Source of the DNA: a virus
Lineage: Duplodnaviria > Caudoviricetes
DNA length: 43,470 nucleotides
Strand: one strand, 5' to 3'
Virus record (IMG/VR): IMGVR_UViG_3300044836_000007
Coordinates: 1-43,470 of that record
The notes under the pieces are model-generated. The model worked only from the letters and a program-made list of their open reading frames with translations, did no database searches and was not told where the DNA came from. The translations under genes and the position numbers were made by a program. Below, piece by piece: positions 28,403-37,165 of this stretch (within the stretch, counting starts at the first letter, position 1; every line of letters begins with the position of its first letter).

Positions 28403-28546
28403 CTAGCCCTTCTTATTCTCGGCCTCGTGCTTTTTCAACCAACGAAGAAGAGCTTCGGTTCGATGCGAGTTGTGATGACCCTTGCCAACAGGCCCGAGCT
28501 TTTTCTCGATGTTGCGAACAATTGCGTTTTCTTTTGCCGTAGCCAT
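28403..28546 (-). CDS. Small basic protein, 47 aa (MATAKENAIV...)
   Basis: GAGG RBS before ATG 28546. Confidence 0.6.
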   Translation of the reverse strand: MATAKENAIVRNIEKKLGPVGKGHHNSHRTEALLRWLKKHEAENKKG

Positions 28547-28550
28547 CTTG

Positions 28551-28673
28551 TCACCTCTTGTGCTGCCAGCAGCGAGGCGTGACAGTTCCTTTGTCGTGAC
28601 CAACAATCCGTCTGCACTGACGATTTTTGACACTCGCAGGACAACGTTCGCGAATCCAAACTACCCACGCCAT
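28551..28673 (-). CDS. Small Cys/Arg-rich protein, 40 aa (MAWVVWIRERCP...)
   Basis: GAGG RBS; exactly fills the gap between two duplicated junctions. Confidence 0.55.
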   Translation of the reverse strand: MAWVVWIRERCPASVKNRQCRRIVGHDKGTVTPRCWQHKR

Positions 28674-28677
28674 TTTG

Positions 28678-29142
28678 TCACCTCGCCAGAGTCTTGCCAT
28701 GTTCGCGAATGTAGTTGAGCCCATCACGGCCACCGCTCGCATAGAACGCAACGTGCGACTGTCGATCCTCAGCCGCGTCCACCTCTTTGCGCAACTCAAG
28801 AAGTCTTTCGGCATTCTCGCGATTCTCGATTCGAGTAATGATGTCGACCGGACGATGCTTGGAAAGATCACCGTCAAAAATCCATGCGAGCACAGCGGCC
28901 GGATCACTCATCTCGACTTCCGACAGATAACGCATGATGTACTGCGGAATACCCGGTGTCGAGTCGAGAATCGCGTAGGGCTTCACATCGGTAGCATCCC
29001 GATTCTTCGGAGGTATCCAGACGAGACTGAAGTTCGAGTTGTAGTCGCTCAAAACTTCAGCCATACGCTGCATTTTGGCGCTGATGAAAGCGCCGCTATC
29101 CGAATCCCAAACACCTGCTGATTCACTGAGATGAGTTTGCAT
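28678..29142 (-). CDS. Hypothetical protein (morphogenesis region)
   Basis: 154-aa ORF with RBS. Confidence 0.75.
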   Translation of the reverse strand: MQTHLSESAGVWDSDSGAFISAKMQRMAEVLSDYNSNFSLVWIPPKNRDATDVKPYAILDSTPGIPQYIMRYLSEVEMSDPAAVLAWIFDGDLSKHRPVDIITRIENRENAERLLELRKEVDAAEDRQSHVAFYASGGRDGLNYIREHGKTLAR

Positions 29143-29158
29143 GCGGTCAGCCTATCCC

Positions 29159-29725
29159 TTAGACGCCGATGTATCCCTGAGCATTGATGATAAGCGAGGT
29201 AACAGCGGTTGCTGCTGCGATATTTACAGCTGTATTTGCCGTGCCCTTCAGGGGGATAGCAAAACTCAATGAAATGGTAGAGCCAATCGGCACCAGTACT
29301 TGGTGAATGATCGTGGCGCCATCCTTGATGTTGACCAACGTTGCCGTAGCTGAGGTATTCGACAGGGTAGCGTCCGTGACGTAATTACGGAGCCCGGCGC
29401 CTGCTGCTGCCTTGACAGTGGCATCAGTCGTGTCGATTTTGGTAGATGGCGTCGTCTGCCAGTAGTAGTCAGTCGGGGCATAGGGCGAAACAACCTGCTT
29501 ACCTTCTTGATCGACAGTCATTGGACTGTAATCCAGCGGCGTGTTGGTCAGAGCTGCCGGGGTTGTTGCGTTACGCACGGCCAGCACAAAGTCGCCAGTA
29601 TCCCCCGATACGTGAACCGAGTCCTCGGCCTTACTGTTGGCATTAACAGCCCCTGCGTTGGCTCCAGTACCAGAACCTGTAGCCCCAGTAAGCCATGAAA
29701 TCCAAAGATCGTTTAGTGATGGCAC
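29159..29725 (-). CDS. Putative capsid decoration or minor structural protein
   Basis: Thr/Ala-rich, beta-type; directly after the capsid gene; GAGGAG RBS. Confidence 0.6.
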   Translation of the reverse strand: MPSLNDLWISWLTGATGSGTGANAGAVNANSKAEDSVHVSGDTGDFVLAVRNATTPAALTNTPLDYSPMTVDQEGKQVVSPYAPTDYYWQTTPSTKIDTTDATVKAAAGAGLRNYVTDATLSNTSATATLVNIKDGATIIHQVLVPIGSTISLSFAIPLKGTANTAVNIAAATAVTSLIINAQGYIGV

Positions 29726-29744
29726 GGTGTGCTCCTCTCAAGCA

Positions 29745-29776
29745 GAAAGAGGGTCAGCCGAAGCCGACCCTCTCTC
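29745..29776 (-). terminator. Terminator after the major capsid gene
   Basis: AGAGGGTCGGC-TTCG-GCTGACCCTCT then TTC on the - strand; UUCG tetraloop. Confidence 0.8.
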
Positions 29777-29786
29777 AAACTAGCTG

Positions 29787-31007
29787 CTAACCCTCAGTAA
29801 GATCGGTGATCTTACCGTTCGAGTTGCGCGTGTCACAGCCCAGCTCGTGGTACTCAATCATGCGCGCGTACCAAGCGTCGTAGTCGCCGTTGGTATCGCG
29901 AACCTGCTGCCACATGGAGCCGTTGCGATCGAGGAAGTGCCAGTCCTCATCGTGGTAGTAGGTCAGCGTGTCCTCGTTGACAAAGTACTGGGTGCTCAGC
30001 GGGGCATCCACATCTGCCACGACCGGGATTTCGCCCTTGTCCGTAACGAACGCCAGACCGCTGAAACCACCAGTGAACTTCTGCTCGTTGACCACCTGAC
30101 GCTGTTGCATCAAGAGGTTGGCGTAGGCACGACGTGTACCAAGGCTCTGGAGGATAACCGACGTAGTACCACCTCGTGTGCGAACCCGGTCTGCCATCTG
30201 GGTCATCAAACCCTCAGACAGTGCTCGTGGAGTTCCGGCATTGCTGTTGACTTCCGAAGTCCATTCGGGCTCGACAGCAGGGTCGATGTTGTAGAGAACA
30301 CCGGTCGTTGAGATGATGGCGTTGAGCCCGGTCAGCTCGCGGTTACCCGAAGCTGAAGGGCCAGAGCCGTTGCGAGCGAAAATCTGACCGACGACCGTAG
30401 TGATTGCAGCCCCCGACACCGTAACGGTGTTGGCACCAGTAGTCAGGTCGATGGAGTTGACCGTTCGAGCAGCCTGAACTACTGTGCTCGGCAGCGTGAT
30501 GAGATCAACGACCTCACCAATCTGGAAGAGACGAGCATCCGTGACTGGAATCGTCGTAGAGGTCACGACAGTCTTGACAACACCGATCGTGCCATCACCA
30601 TTGCCATAAATCTGGCGGTTCATGTCCTTCTTGATGTCGTTCTTGAGTCCTGACATCTCGAAGTCGACAGCCTTGGCGAACGCCTTGGAGTCGGTGTCCG
30701 AGAGACTGATCGACTGGCCGGAGAGCTGGACACCCGAGTATCCATACTTCAGGCCGACGCGAGCCGCTGCAGTTCCCTGCTGGCCGGGGGTCGGGAGCGC
30801 TTCACCTTCGAGTCGCGAACCGATACCCGAGTTACGACGAGTGTGAACTGGGAAGGTGACGTACCTGCCGCCAGTCTCGTTGGTGACACCGGAAGTAGAG
30901 CGCGTGATGCGCTTCAGCGCCGTGATCTCCTGATTGAGCTGTTCACGGATTTTTCCCGTATATACCTCTTTGAGGTACGGGGTGATTGAGGCGAGGTTAG
31001 TAGCCAT
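29787..31007 (-). CDS. Major capsid protein
   Basis: 406 aa after scaffold; LKEVY..KIREQLN, D.NRQ.YG.GDG; followed by a terminator. Confidence 0.88.
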   Translation of the reverse strand: MATNLASITPYLKEVYTGKIREQLNQEITALKRITRSTSGVTNETGGRYVTFPVHTRRNSGIGSRLEGEALPTPGQQGTAAARVGLKYGYSGVQLSGQSISLSDTDSKAFAKAVDFEMSGLKNDIKKDMNRQIYGNGDGTIGVVKTVVTSTTIPVTDARLFQIGEVVDLITLPSTVVQAARTVNSIDLTTGANTVTVSGAAITTVVGQIFARNGSGPSASGNRELTGLNAIISTTGVLYNIDPAVEPEWTSEVNSNAGTPRALSEGLMTQMADRVRTRGGTTSVILQSLGTRRAYANLLMQQRQVVNEQKFTGGFSGLAFVTDKGEIPVVADVDAPLSTQYFVNEDTLTYYHDEDWHFLDRNGSMWQQVRDTNGDYDAWYARMIEYHELGCDTRNSNGKITDLTEG

Positions 31008-31046
31008 GACGTTCTGCCTTTCAGCATAGGCAGGAGCTTCAGCTAC

Positions 31047-31907
31047 TTATCGCAGACCATCGATGAGTGCAGCCATCAAATCCTGAGTTTCCTGATTGGT
31101 CTGCTGACCAAAGGTTTTCTGATTTGCTGCCTGCGGAATTCCACCAGAGGTAGGTGCGAGAAGTGGTGCCTTTGCTCCCGGACGTGGAGTTGAGAGAATC
31201 CGGGTACGCAGTGCGAAGTACTCCTGAGCAGCTTCATCCAAGGTAGGAACCTTGTCGATACCGTTCTGAGCATTCAACACTGCTGTAGCAGCAGCAGTTT
31301 TGAGGATTGCGCCCATGTCCTCTTTCGACAGCTCGGGATGAGCTGCTGTAAAGGTCTGGATATCACTATCGAGTTCCTGCTCGGCCTGCTGGTTGAGCTT
31401 TTCAACCTCTTGGGCCTGCAAAAACTGTCGAATCTGCTCCTGACCCTCGGCAAGCTGCGCAAGTCGTGGGTCTTCAGGCGATTCCTCGTCGTTCTCAGCA
31501 TCTTCGGCAACCTGAGTGGCAAGTTCTTCCTGAGACGGGGCACGCCCTGTCTCTCGAATGTACTTACCGAGGCTTTCGTAAACTGCTTGCGGATCGTTGT
31601 CGATCTGATCCATAAGCTGAGCGGCAGCCGCTGCACGGTCAGGGTCTACACCCTGATCGGCAAGTGACTTCCACGGAGCGTACTGGGAATTCAACGACTC
31701 GATGCGCGAAGTGGCACCTTTGTCGAACTCCTTCAGAAAAGGCTCGATCTGTGAGAACGTAAGTTCTGGTACTGCTGCTTTCAGTGAGCCCCAAGCCGGA
31801 TTACCACCGGAGGTAGCTTCTGGTTCTGCAGATGTTTCAACCTGCTGGTCAACTTCTTCTTCGACTGTACCTTCAAGGCCCTGATCGTCGTTCAGTTCAT
31901 CACTCAC
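31047..31907 (-). CDS. Scaffolding protein
   Basis: Acidic helical 286 aa between portal and capsid. Confidence 0.75.
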   Translation of the reverse strand: MSDELNDDQGLEGTVEEEVDQQVETSAEPEATSGGNPAWGSLKAAVPELTFSQIEPFLKEFDKGATSRIESLNSQYAPWKSLADQGVDPDRAAAAAQLMDQIDNDPQAVYESLGKYIRETGRAPSQEELATQVAEDAENDEESPEDPRLAQLAEGQEQIRQFLQAQEVEKLNQQAEQELDSDIQTFTAAHPELSKEDMGAILKTAAATAVLNAQNGIDKVPTLDEAAQEYFALRTRILSTPRPGAKAPLLAPTSGGIPQAANQKTFGQQTNQETQDLMAALIDGLR

Positions 31908-31956
31908 TGTTTTACTCCTATGCCGTACCGGTTTCCGGCCCTAGCTGGTTGTGCTA

Positions 31957-31986
31957 ATTGTGCTTTATTTTGCAGCAACGTGTCAA
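31957..31986 (-). promoter_or_regulatory. Sigma70-type promoter for scaffold/capsid genes
   Basis: On the - strand TTGACA, 18-nt spacer, CACAAT, in an intergenic gap. Confidence 0.65.
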
Positions 31987-31999
31987 ACGACACGCTGGT

Positions 32000-32212
32000 C
32001 TATACGCCGGGAAGCCCAGCTACCGCGATTGCGTTTGCACGACAGATCGCGATGAGGTCATTTTTCGAGGCCGTAAACATGAAAGAGGCCGGATATGAGG
32101 CGGCCACGCCCGAGCCCGCGATTGCGGCCTTGAGCTGGGCAATTGTGGGCTTGCCACCGAGAGTTACCAGAACGGTGGGGCTGTTCTGATTTGCAGGGTC
32201 ATAATCAACCAA
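32000..32212 (-). CDS. Small hypothetical protein, 70 aa
   Basis: GGAG RBS before TTG 32212; overlaps the portal stop. Confidence 0.6.
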   Translation of the reverse strand: MVDYDPANQNSPTVLVTLGGKPTIAQLKAAIAGSGVAASYPASFMFTASKNDLIAICRANAIAVAGLPGV

Positions 32213-34430
32213 GGGATGCTCCAGACGTAGGGGGCGCGCCAACCGCGCCATTGCCACTCATACTAGGCCCGCCTGCGTTCGGATCGCCTACCATCTGCGA
32301 TGGGTCGGCAGAGGTGCCTGCACTTGGGTCAGCACTTGGATCGGCATTTGGATCGACACTCGCGTCGGCAGGCCCACCCTGATCTGTGCCATCACTCGGC
32401 ACCTGTTGCAGGAAATTCATCATCTGGCCCTGCATGTACATCTTTTGGTGCTCGGCAACATGCTTCTCAAACTGATTTTGAATCACCGGATCAAGAGCTT
32501 CATATTCCTGAGACATCCGAAAACGGTTATGCGTCTCAATGTGAATCTCATGAACATCGAAATCGGCCACGGTGACCACAGGGGGAAGCTCTGCCTGAAG
32601 CTGCTCAGGAGTAATGCCAGTCAGGTCCATTGGCTCACCGGTAGCAGGATCAGCCGGAGGCTGGCTAAGAAGCTGCTGTGCCTGTGCCATGCTGTTCCGC
32701 CCCAACTGAGCCGGATCGAGCATCTTCATTTTGGTGTTCTCGCGTTGGGCCTTTTTCTCGGCCGTCTGCATGATGTCTTGGAATCGCTGTACTCCACCAA
32801 GCTCCAGCATCCGTGCTGCAGTCGGCTGGTCGATAATACCCACGCTGAAGTAGTCCATGACCTTTGCGTCATTGGCCGCCTTGGAATGCGAAATCGAACT
32901 TCCCGGCTCTACGCGAAGCGCAGTAGAGTCCTTGATCGACTGTCCATTTATCAGAGTGACATCAAAGCTGTTATCAGCACCGACAGTCTGAATCTTGCGG
33001 TCAAGGTCAACGTACTGGACGAAAAGCTGGAGCGCTTGAGAGCCAATGCGAGAGGTGCCCCGCTCGATAGATTGATACTCAGGTGTCAAAAACTGGTCTG
33101 CCGACTCCTGCAGATAATTGATCGCTGTGCCTGCTGTGACTCCAGCGGGAGCATTACCCTTCGACACATCGTGCTGACCGGTGATCTCCTCGATGTCGGC
33201 AAGAATAACTTCCTGCTGATTGATGTAGTACTGGGGCAGGGCGACGAGTGTCATAGGGACAGGTGGCTGGAAGCCCGGCCGATACTCAATCACGAGGCCC
33301 GGCTCGTTGGTGATCTTCGAAGGAACTACAGAACCACGCTGGGCGAGAAGCTGGGGCTTTGCCATCCGGCGCCCGGCCTCAGAAATATCCGTACGGAGCT
33401 TGTTGTACTCGCGCTGTAGCGGGATCACATCTGTCAGCGGAGTTTCGGCATAGAACGTAGCAGTAGGAATGTGCTCGAACTTCGTGAAGGGGTACTGCCC
33501 ATGATCGTACGGCCAGCCATCGGACACCGACAGGCATACGTCATCAACCATGATGACCACTCCGCCATTGGGCAGGTGCTTGCATGTCGATGGCTTGATC
33601 CACGCCTCATAGAGTGTGACCGAATCCTTCGTGTTGGATGCTTCATTGAGGTTCAGCATCCTGTCGGTGAGCTGGTTATCCGACGAGCTTGAGGGTGAGA
33701 CTGTGCGCCCATCGAGCTGCTTTGAGTAGTAGGTACTCACCCACTCTGCAGACTTTTTGTAAGCGTTGATGACGAACGGCTGATCTTCGATTTCCTGCTC
33801 GCGCAGATCAGGAATGAACAGGTTGAATGGGGTAACGCTACCGAAACGAATCATCCCCGGCTGGTCAGGATTCATCGGATCAACGCACGTGGTATCCCAC
33901 CATGTTTTGATAAATCCGTTGCCTGTGATAATGGTCCACCACGCGGCTGCCGCATAGTGCGTGGAGTACTTCTGCGAGTCTTGAATCGACTCCCACGCCT
34001 GCTCAGCAGCATATGCAGCGCGCACGGCCTCATCCTCGGCGGATGCCGGAATGACTGTGGCACTTGGACTCTGGCTTGTGAACTTCGACAATTCTGTCCG
34101 CATGAAAGAGCGTGTGCGGTTGACGGTCTTTCGGTCGTAGTAATACGGCTTTTTCGGAACGAACAAACGCTCTCCGAACTGTCCGCCAAGAGATCGTGGT
34201 GTCAGTTCGGCCCAATGCTCCCCATTGACGAACGCCATGTTCATTGCCCATTGGGTCACTTTGGACTGTCGAGCGTTTTTGGCCTTTGTCTGCTGGTCAT
34301 GCACCCATGCAACAAGCTTCTGTGCCTGCTCGCTCTGGACATCGAAGCCGGGGGCGTCTACCAGATCAATCGGGGAGGAAGTCGGGGTCGACACCGACGC
34401 TGCGTAGGAATTCGAGTCCTGCTTCGCCAT
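32205..34430 (-). CDS. Portal protein
   Basis: 741 aa downstream of terminase; GNGFIKTWWD, YPF, LQREYN, ITGQHDVSKG..TAGTAI. Confidence 0.9.
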   Translation of the reverse strand: MAKQDSNSYAASVSTPTSSPIDLVDAPGFDVQSEQAQKLVAWVHDQQTKAKNARQSKVTQWAMNMAFVNGEHWAELTPRSLGGQFGERLFVPKKPYYYDRKTVNRTRSFMRTELSKFTSQSPSATVIPASAEDEAVRAAYAAEQAWESIQDSQKYSTHYAAAAWWTIITGNGFIKTWWDTTCVDPMNPDQPGMIRFGSVTPFNLFIPDLREQEIEDQPFVINAYKKSAEWVSTYYSKQLDGRTVSPSSSSDNQLTDRMLNLNEASNTKDSVTLYEAWIKPSTCKHLPNGGVVIMVDDVCLSVSDGWPYDHGQYPFTKFEHIPTATFYAETPLTDVIPLQREYNKLRTDISEAGRRMAKPQLLAQRGSVVPSKITNEPGLVIEYRPGFQPPVPMTLVALPQYYINQQEVILADIEEITGQHDVSKGNAPAGVTAGTAINYLQESADQFLTPEYQSIERGTSRIGSQALQLFVQYVDLDRKIQTVGADNSFDVTLINGQSIKDSTALRVEPGSSISHSKAANDAKVMDYFSVGIIDQPTAARMLELGGVQRFQDIMQTAEKKAQRENTKMKMLDPAQLGRNSMAQAQQLLSQPPADPATGEPMDLTGITPEQLQAELPPVVTVADFDVHEIHIETHNRFRMSQEYEALDPVIQNQFEKHVAEHQKMYMQGQMMNFLQQVPSDGTDQGGPADASVDPNADPSADPSAGTSADPSQMVGDPNAGGPSMSGNGAVGAPPTSGASLG

Positions 34431-34779
34431 CTGGTTCGTCCTCTGCTCCTATGCGGCTACGCATACGGATTCGCTCAAGTTCGCCCTCATCAGAAGGGTC
34501 GAATTGCTCGAAGCCTAGGCTATCACTGGAAGGGGTTGTCATCGCCTGAATCGCTTGGAACACTAACGGATCGCGGCTTGCGACCAGCCCGCTTAGCTTG
34601 TCCACTAGCGACAATTGCTGGCTCTGGTTCTGGTTGCTGCTCTCCAGCAGGAGTTTCATCTCCTGTTGATGCCGGTTCGACTGGCTCTTTAGCAACCAGC
34701 TCGACAACACTGTCACTATCCCCAGTAGCAGCAGCAAGAATGCCGCCAAGATCAGAAATGTAATCGCCAAGATGTTCAA
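34366..34779 (-). CDS. Membrane-anchored protein overlapping both neighbours
   Basis: GAGGG RBS and TTG start; N-terminal TM; Gln-rich helix. Confidence 0.65.
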   Translation of the reverse strand: MNILAITFLILAAFLLLLLGIVTVLSSWLLKSQSNRHQQEMKLLLESSNQNQSQQLSLVDKLSGLVASRDPLVFQAIQAMTTPSSDSLGFEQFDPSDEGELERIRMRSRIGAEDEPDGEAGLEFLRSVGVDPDFLPD

Positions 34780-35053
34780 CTAATCCCTCTTTCAGAGCAC
34801 GGCCGTAGCCCTCTTCGCGAGCCGCCTCTATCTCGTCCGTTCCTGCGATGTTCAGGTTGTCGAACAACCCGGCAACGTCTGCGAGCTGTCGCACTGTCTC
34901 AATCGACAGGTACAGCCTCCCATGCTCTGCAAAAGCAATATCAACGCCTGTGTCAATGAAAGGCCCATCAGGGCTTCTTGTAACCCAATCCACACCGGGA
35001 GCCGCAACAGCGGTCTGCATTACGTGGTATCGGCCACTAGGGTCATCAGCCAT
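34523..35053 (-). CDS. Hypothetical protein with disordered acidic tail
   Basis: GAGG RBS; start overlaps the TerL end; ends DDNPFQ. Confidence 0.7.
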   Translation of the reverse strand: MADDPSGRYHVMQTAVAAPGVDWVTRSPDGPFIDTGVDIAFAEHGRLYLSIETVRQLADVAGLFDNLNIAGTDEIEAAREEGYGRALKEGLVEHLGDYISDLGGILAAATGDSDSVVELVAKEPVEPASTGDETPAGEQQPEPEPAIVASGQAKRAGRKPRSVSVPSDSGDDNPFQ

Positions 35054-36674
35054 CAGTTTCCTCATATTCGTAGGTGACTTCCCAGCCGGGATCAGTGTCT
35101 TCGGCAAATGTCACATCATCGTCGTCCCTCAATTTCGCCATTACTTCGGCGTAACTGAGTGTGGTTGCCACCCTACCACTCTCGGTAAGCTCAGGTACAT
35201 ACCCAGCAGGCAATGGCTTGAGATCAGGCATGACCGTAGCAAAGTATCGAGCGCTGTCAAAAGCGTCATCGTCTTTCTTGTGAACCTCTTCGGGACCGTC
35301 CGTGTCGTAGCTCCGACTCAGGGTGCCGTGAGTAGCCCACTTCAGCTTTTTCATCTCGCGAATGAAGTTCGGGCAGTTTTCTGAAATCACCCACATGGGC
35401 CGCTTTAGACCGGCCGCACGATCCTCCTCCGACAGCCACGGAGAATCGTCACGAAGCTCGAAATACTGCAGCATCTTTTCGAGGCCGATCATTACATCCC
35501 GAGGGATGCCCTCAACTTGGATGTCGATCCCTCGAACGGCATACTCCATCAGGTAGCTCGTACCGGTAGTGCCATAGCGCTGTTTTCCGGCCGGGTCACC
35601 AACGCGCAAACCGGGGGCACGCCCCCACGCAGCTTCCTTCTGGTGCACCATCTCCGCAAACTGCGGAACTGTCAGCTCACTCATGTACAGCTCGCCAAAA
35701 GTGATGATCTGACCCTGTGGGCCAACAGCATGCCAAAGCCACGCCGTGGGGTGTCGGCGCCCAAAGTCCACGGAGCTGTACCACTCCCAGCCACGCGGAG
35801 GCACGACTGGAGGCACGACAAAACGGCTCGAATCGGCATTGATTTTGGGGAAGATTAGACCAGATCGAGCTACCCACGTTCCATGTTCACGCACCTCTCG
35901 CTCTTCCTTGTCCATCCCCGCCATGTAAAAGTCCATCTCCTCGGCGTCAGCTTCAATGTACGGATTCTGCTCGATCGACAAAGTGAACGTCTCGATGTAG
36001 ACATGCTTCGGATTTTCAGGGTCAAGGCTCGGCTCCCAAAGTAGGTCGTAAGTCCACCCCATGCCCATGCTGGGAGTGGCCGCGATAACCCACAGGCCGT
36101 TGTAGTCCACGAGACGCATCATCGACTCGTTGAAAATATCCTGCGGGGGCTCCTCATCAAAAAAGATGATATGTCGGGGGACGCCACCGAGTTTCATCAT
36201 GTCCATGCCCCATGTCACAAAGTCAATAGTCGTGCCGTTAGAGAGCGTCAAAATGAGGTTCTTAGCATCCCAGCTACGATCCCAGCTCTCGTCTTTGAGA
36301 TAGGACATAGGCAGCCAGCGCTTGAGCTTTGGGAGAATGATCTGCTCGACACCCTTGGCAATGTCCACGACGACAAACCGAATTTGGATAGCGCCGTGCC
36401 CCCAGCTCGCCGGGCGCTCTTGATAGGGGTGCGTGTCTGTCGCCCACCAAATACACTCAACAACCTCAGCGTCTGTCTTACCGCCTCGGTTGCCTCCGGC
36501 GAGATATCGGCCACGCTTCGTAGATTTGTGAAAGCGCAACTGCTCGGGATAGTCCCGCTCACCATAATTGAGGATATTCGGATGGTGGATCGAATTATCG
36601 AGTGACGATAGCGCGAGCGAGAAAAGATCGCGCTGACTGTACTCAGGAATAGCGCGATTACGAGCAGGTGTCAT
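35046..36674 (-). CDS. terL: Terminase large subunit
   Basis: YPEQLRFH, AGGNRGGKT, FFDEEP, ATP, VDFG, DDDAFDSARY. Confidence 0.95.
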   Translation of the reverse strand: MTPARNRAIPEYSQRDLFSLALSSLDNSIHHPNILNYGERDYPEQLRFHKSTKRGRYLAGGNRGGKTDAEVVECIWWATDTHPYQERPASWGHGAIQIRFVVVDIAKGVEQIILPKLKRWLPMSYLKDESWDRSWDAKNLILTLSNGTTIDFVTWGMDMMKLGGVPRHIIFFDEEPPQDIFNESMMRLVDYNGLWVIAATPSMGMGWTYDLLWEPSLDPENPKHVYIETFTLSIEQNPYIEADAEEMDFYMAGMDKEEREVREHGTWVARSGLIFPKINADSSRFVVPPVVPPRGWEWYSSVDFGRRHPTAWLWHAVGPQGQIITFGELYMSELTVPQFAEMVHQKEAAWGRAPGLRVGDPAGKQRYGTTGTSYLMEYAVRGIDIQVEGIPRDVMIGLEKMLQYFELRDDSPWLSEEDRAAGLKRPMWVISENCPNFIREMKKLKWATHGTLSRSYDTDGPEEVHKKDDDAFDSARYFATVMPDLKPLPAGYVPELTESGRVATTLSYAEVMAKLRDDDDVTFAEDTDPGWEVTYEYEETDG

Positions 36675-36967
36675 GGAGTGCTCTGGTCAGTAGCGCCGAG
36701 CCTCACGAGAGTTGCAATCATTGACACCATCGCTACGTTTCCCCCTCGTGATCCTGAGATGGTAAAGCCTGACAAGATCAGCGGGCTCGTACCACCATCG
36801 TGGTTGTGGTTACCGGGACTGGCTTGCGTATTGCCGGGTCCGACAGTGTGATGCAGGGACTCCGGCCGGATGTCGGTATCAGCATTCGTATGAAGCTGGT
36901 CGACCTCAATAGCCGAAGGCGCAGACTGCGGAGCCTGCTGCTTGCCGGGGTCTGCGCCTTTCGCCAC
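36671..36967 (-). CDS. Hypothetical His-rich protein, possibly structural
   Basis: LHHTVG...GNHNHDG; coupled to terL. Confidence 0.7.
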   Translation of the reverse strand: MAKGADPGKQQAPQSAPSAIEVDQLHTNADTDIRPESLHHTVGPGNTQASPGNHNHDGGTSPLILSGFTISGSRGGNVAMVSMIATLVRLGATDQSTP

Positions 36968-36970
36968 GGG

Positions 36971-37162
36971 TTATTCCTTGGGCGCGTTTGTGGTCTGGTA
37001 CACGCCGAACGCTGTGCCTGCAGCCGTCAACAGCAAGGTGACGATCTGGCACACGATCTTGACTGTCGGGTCAGGAATGATCCCCTCGACACCTACCGCC
37101 ACGGCAAGAATCGTAGCAATAGCTGCGCCGACAACGGCTTTCGTAGACTTCGTTGGGTTCAT
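36971..37162 (-). CDS. Holin, 2 TM
   Basis: 63 aa with two hydrophobic helices, immediately after the endolysin. Confidence 0.75.
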   Translation of the reverse strand: MNPTKSTKAVVGAAIATILAVAVGVEGIIPDPTVKIVCQIVTLLLTAAGTAFGVYQTTNAPKE

Positions 37163-37165
37163 GAT

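Noticed and set aside
32406-33419. 337-aa + strand ORF, and other long antisense ORFs such as 24708-25436 and 33957-34763
   Set aside because: Antisense shadows of well-supported structural genes, with no recognisable motifs
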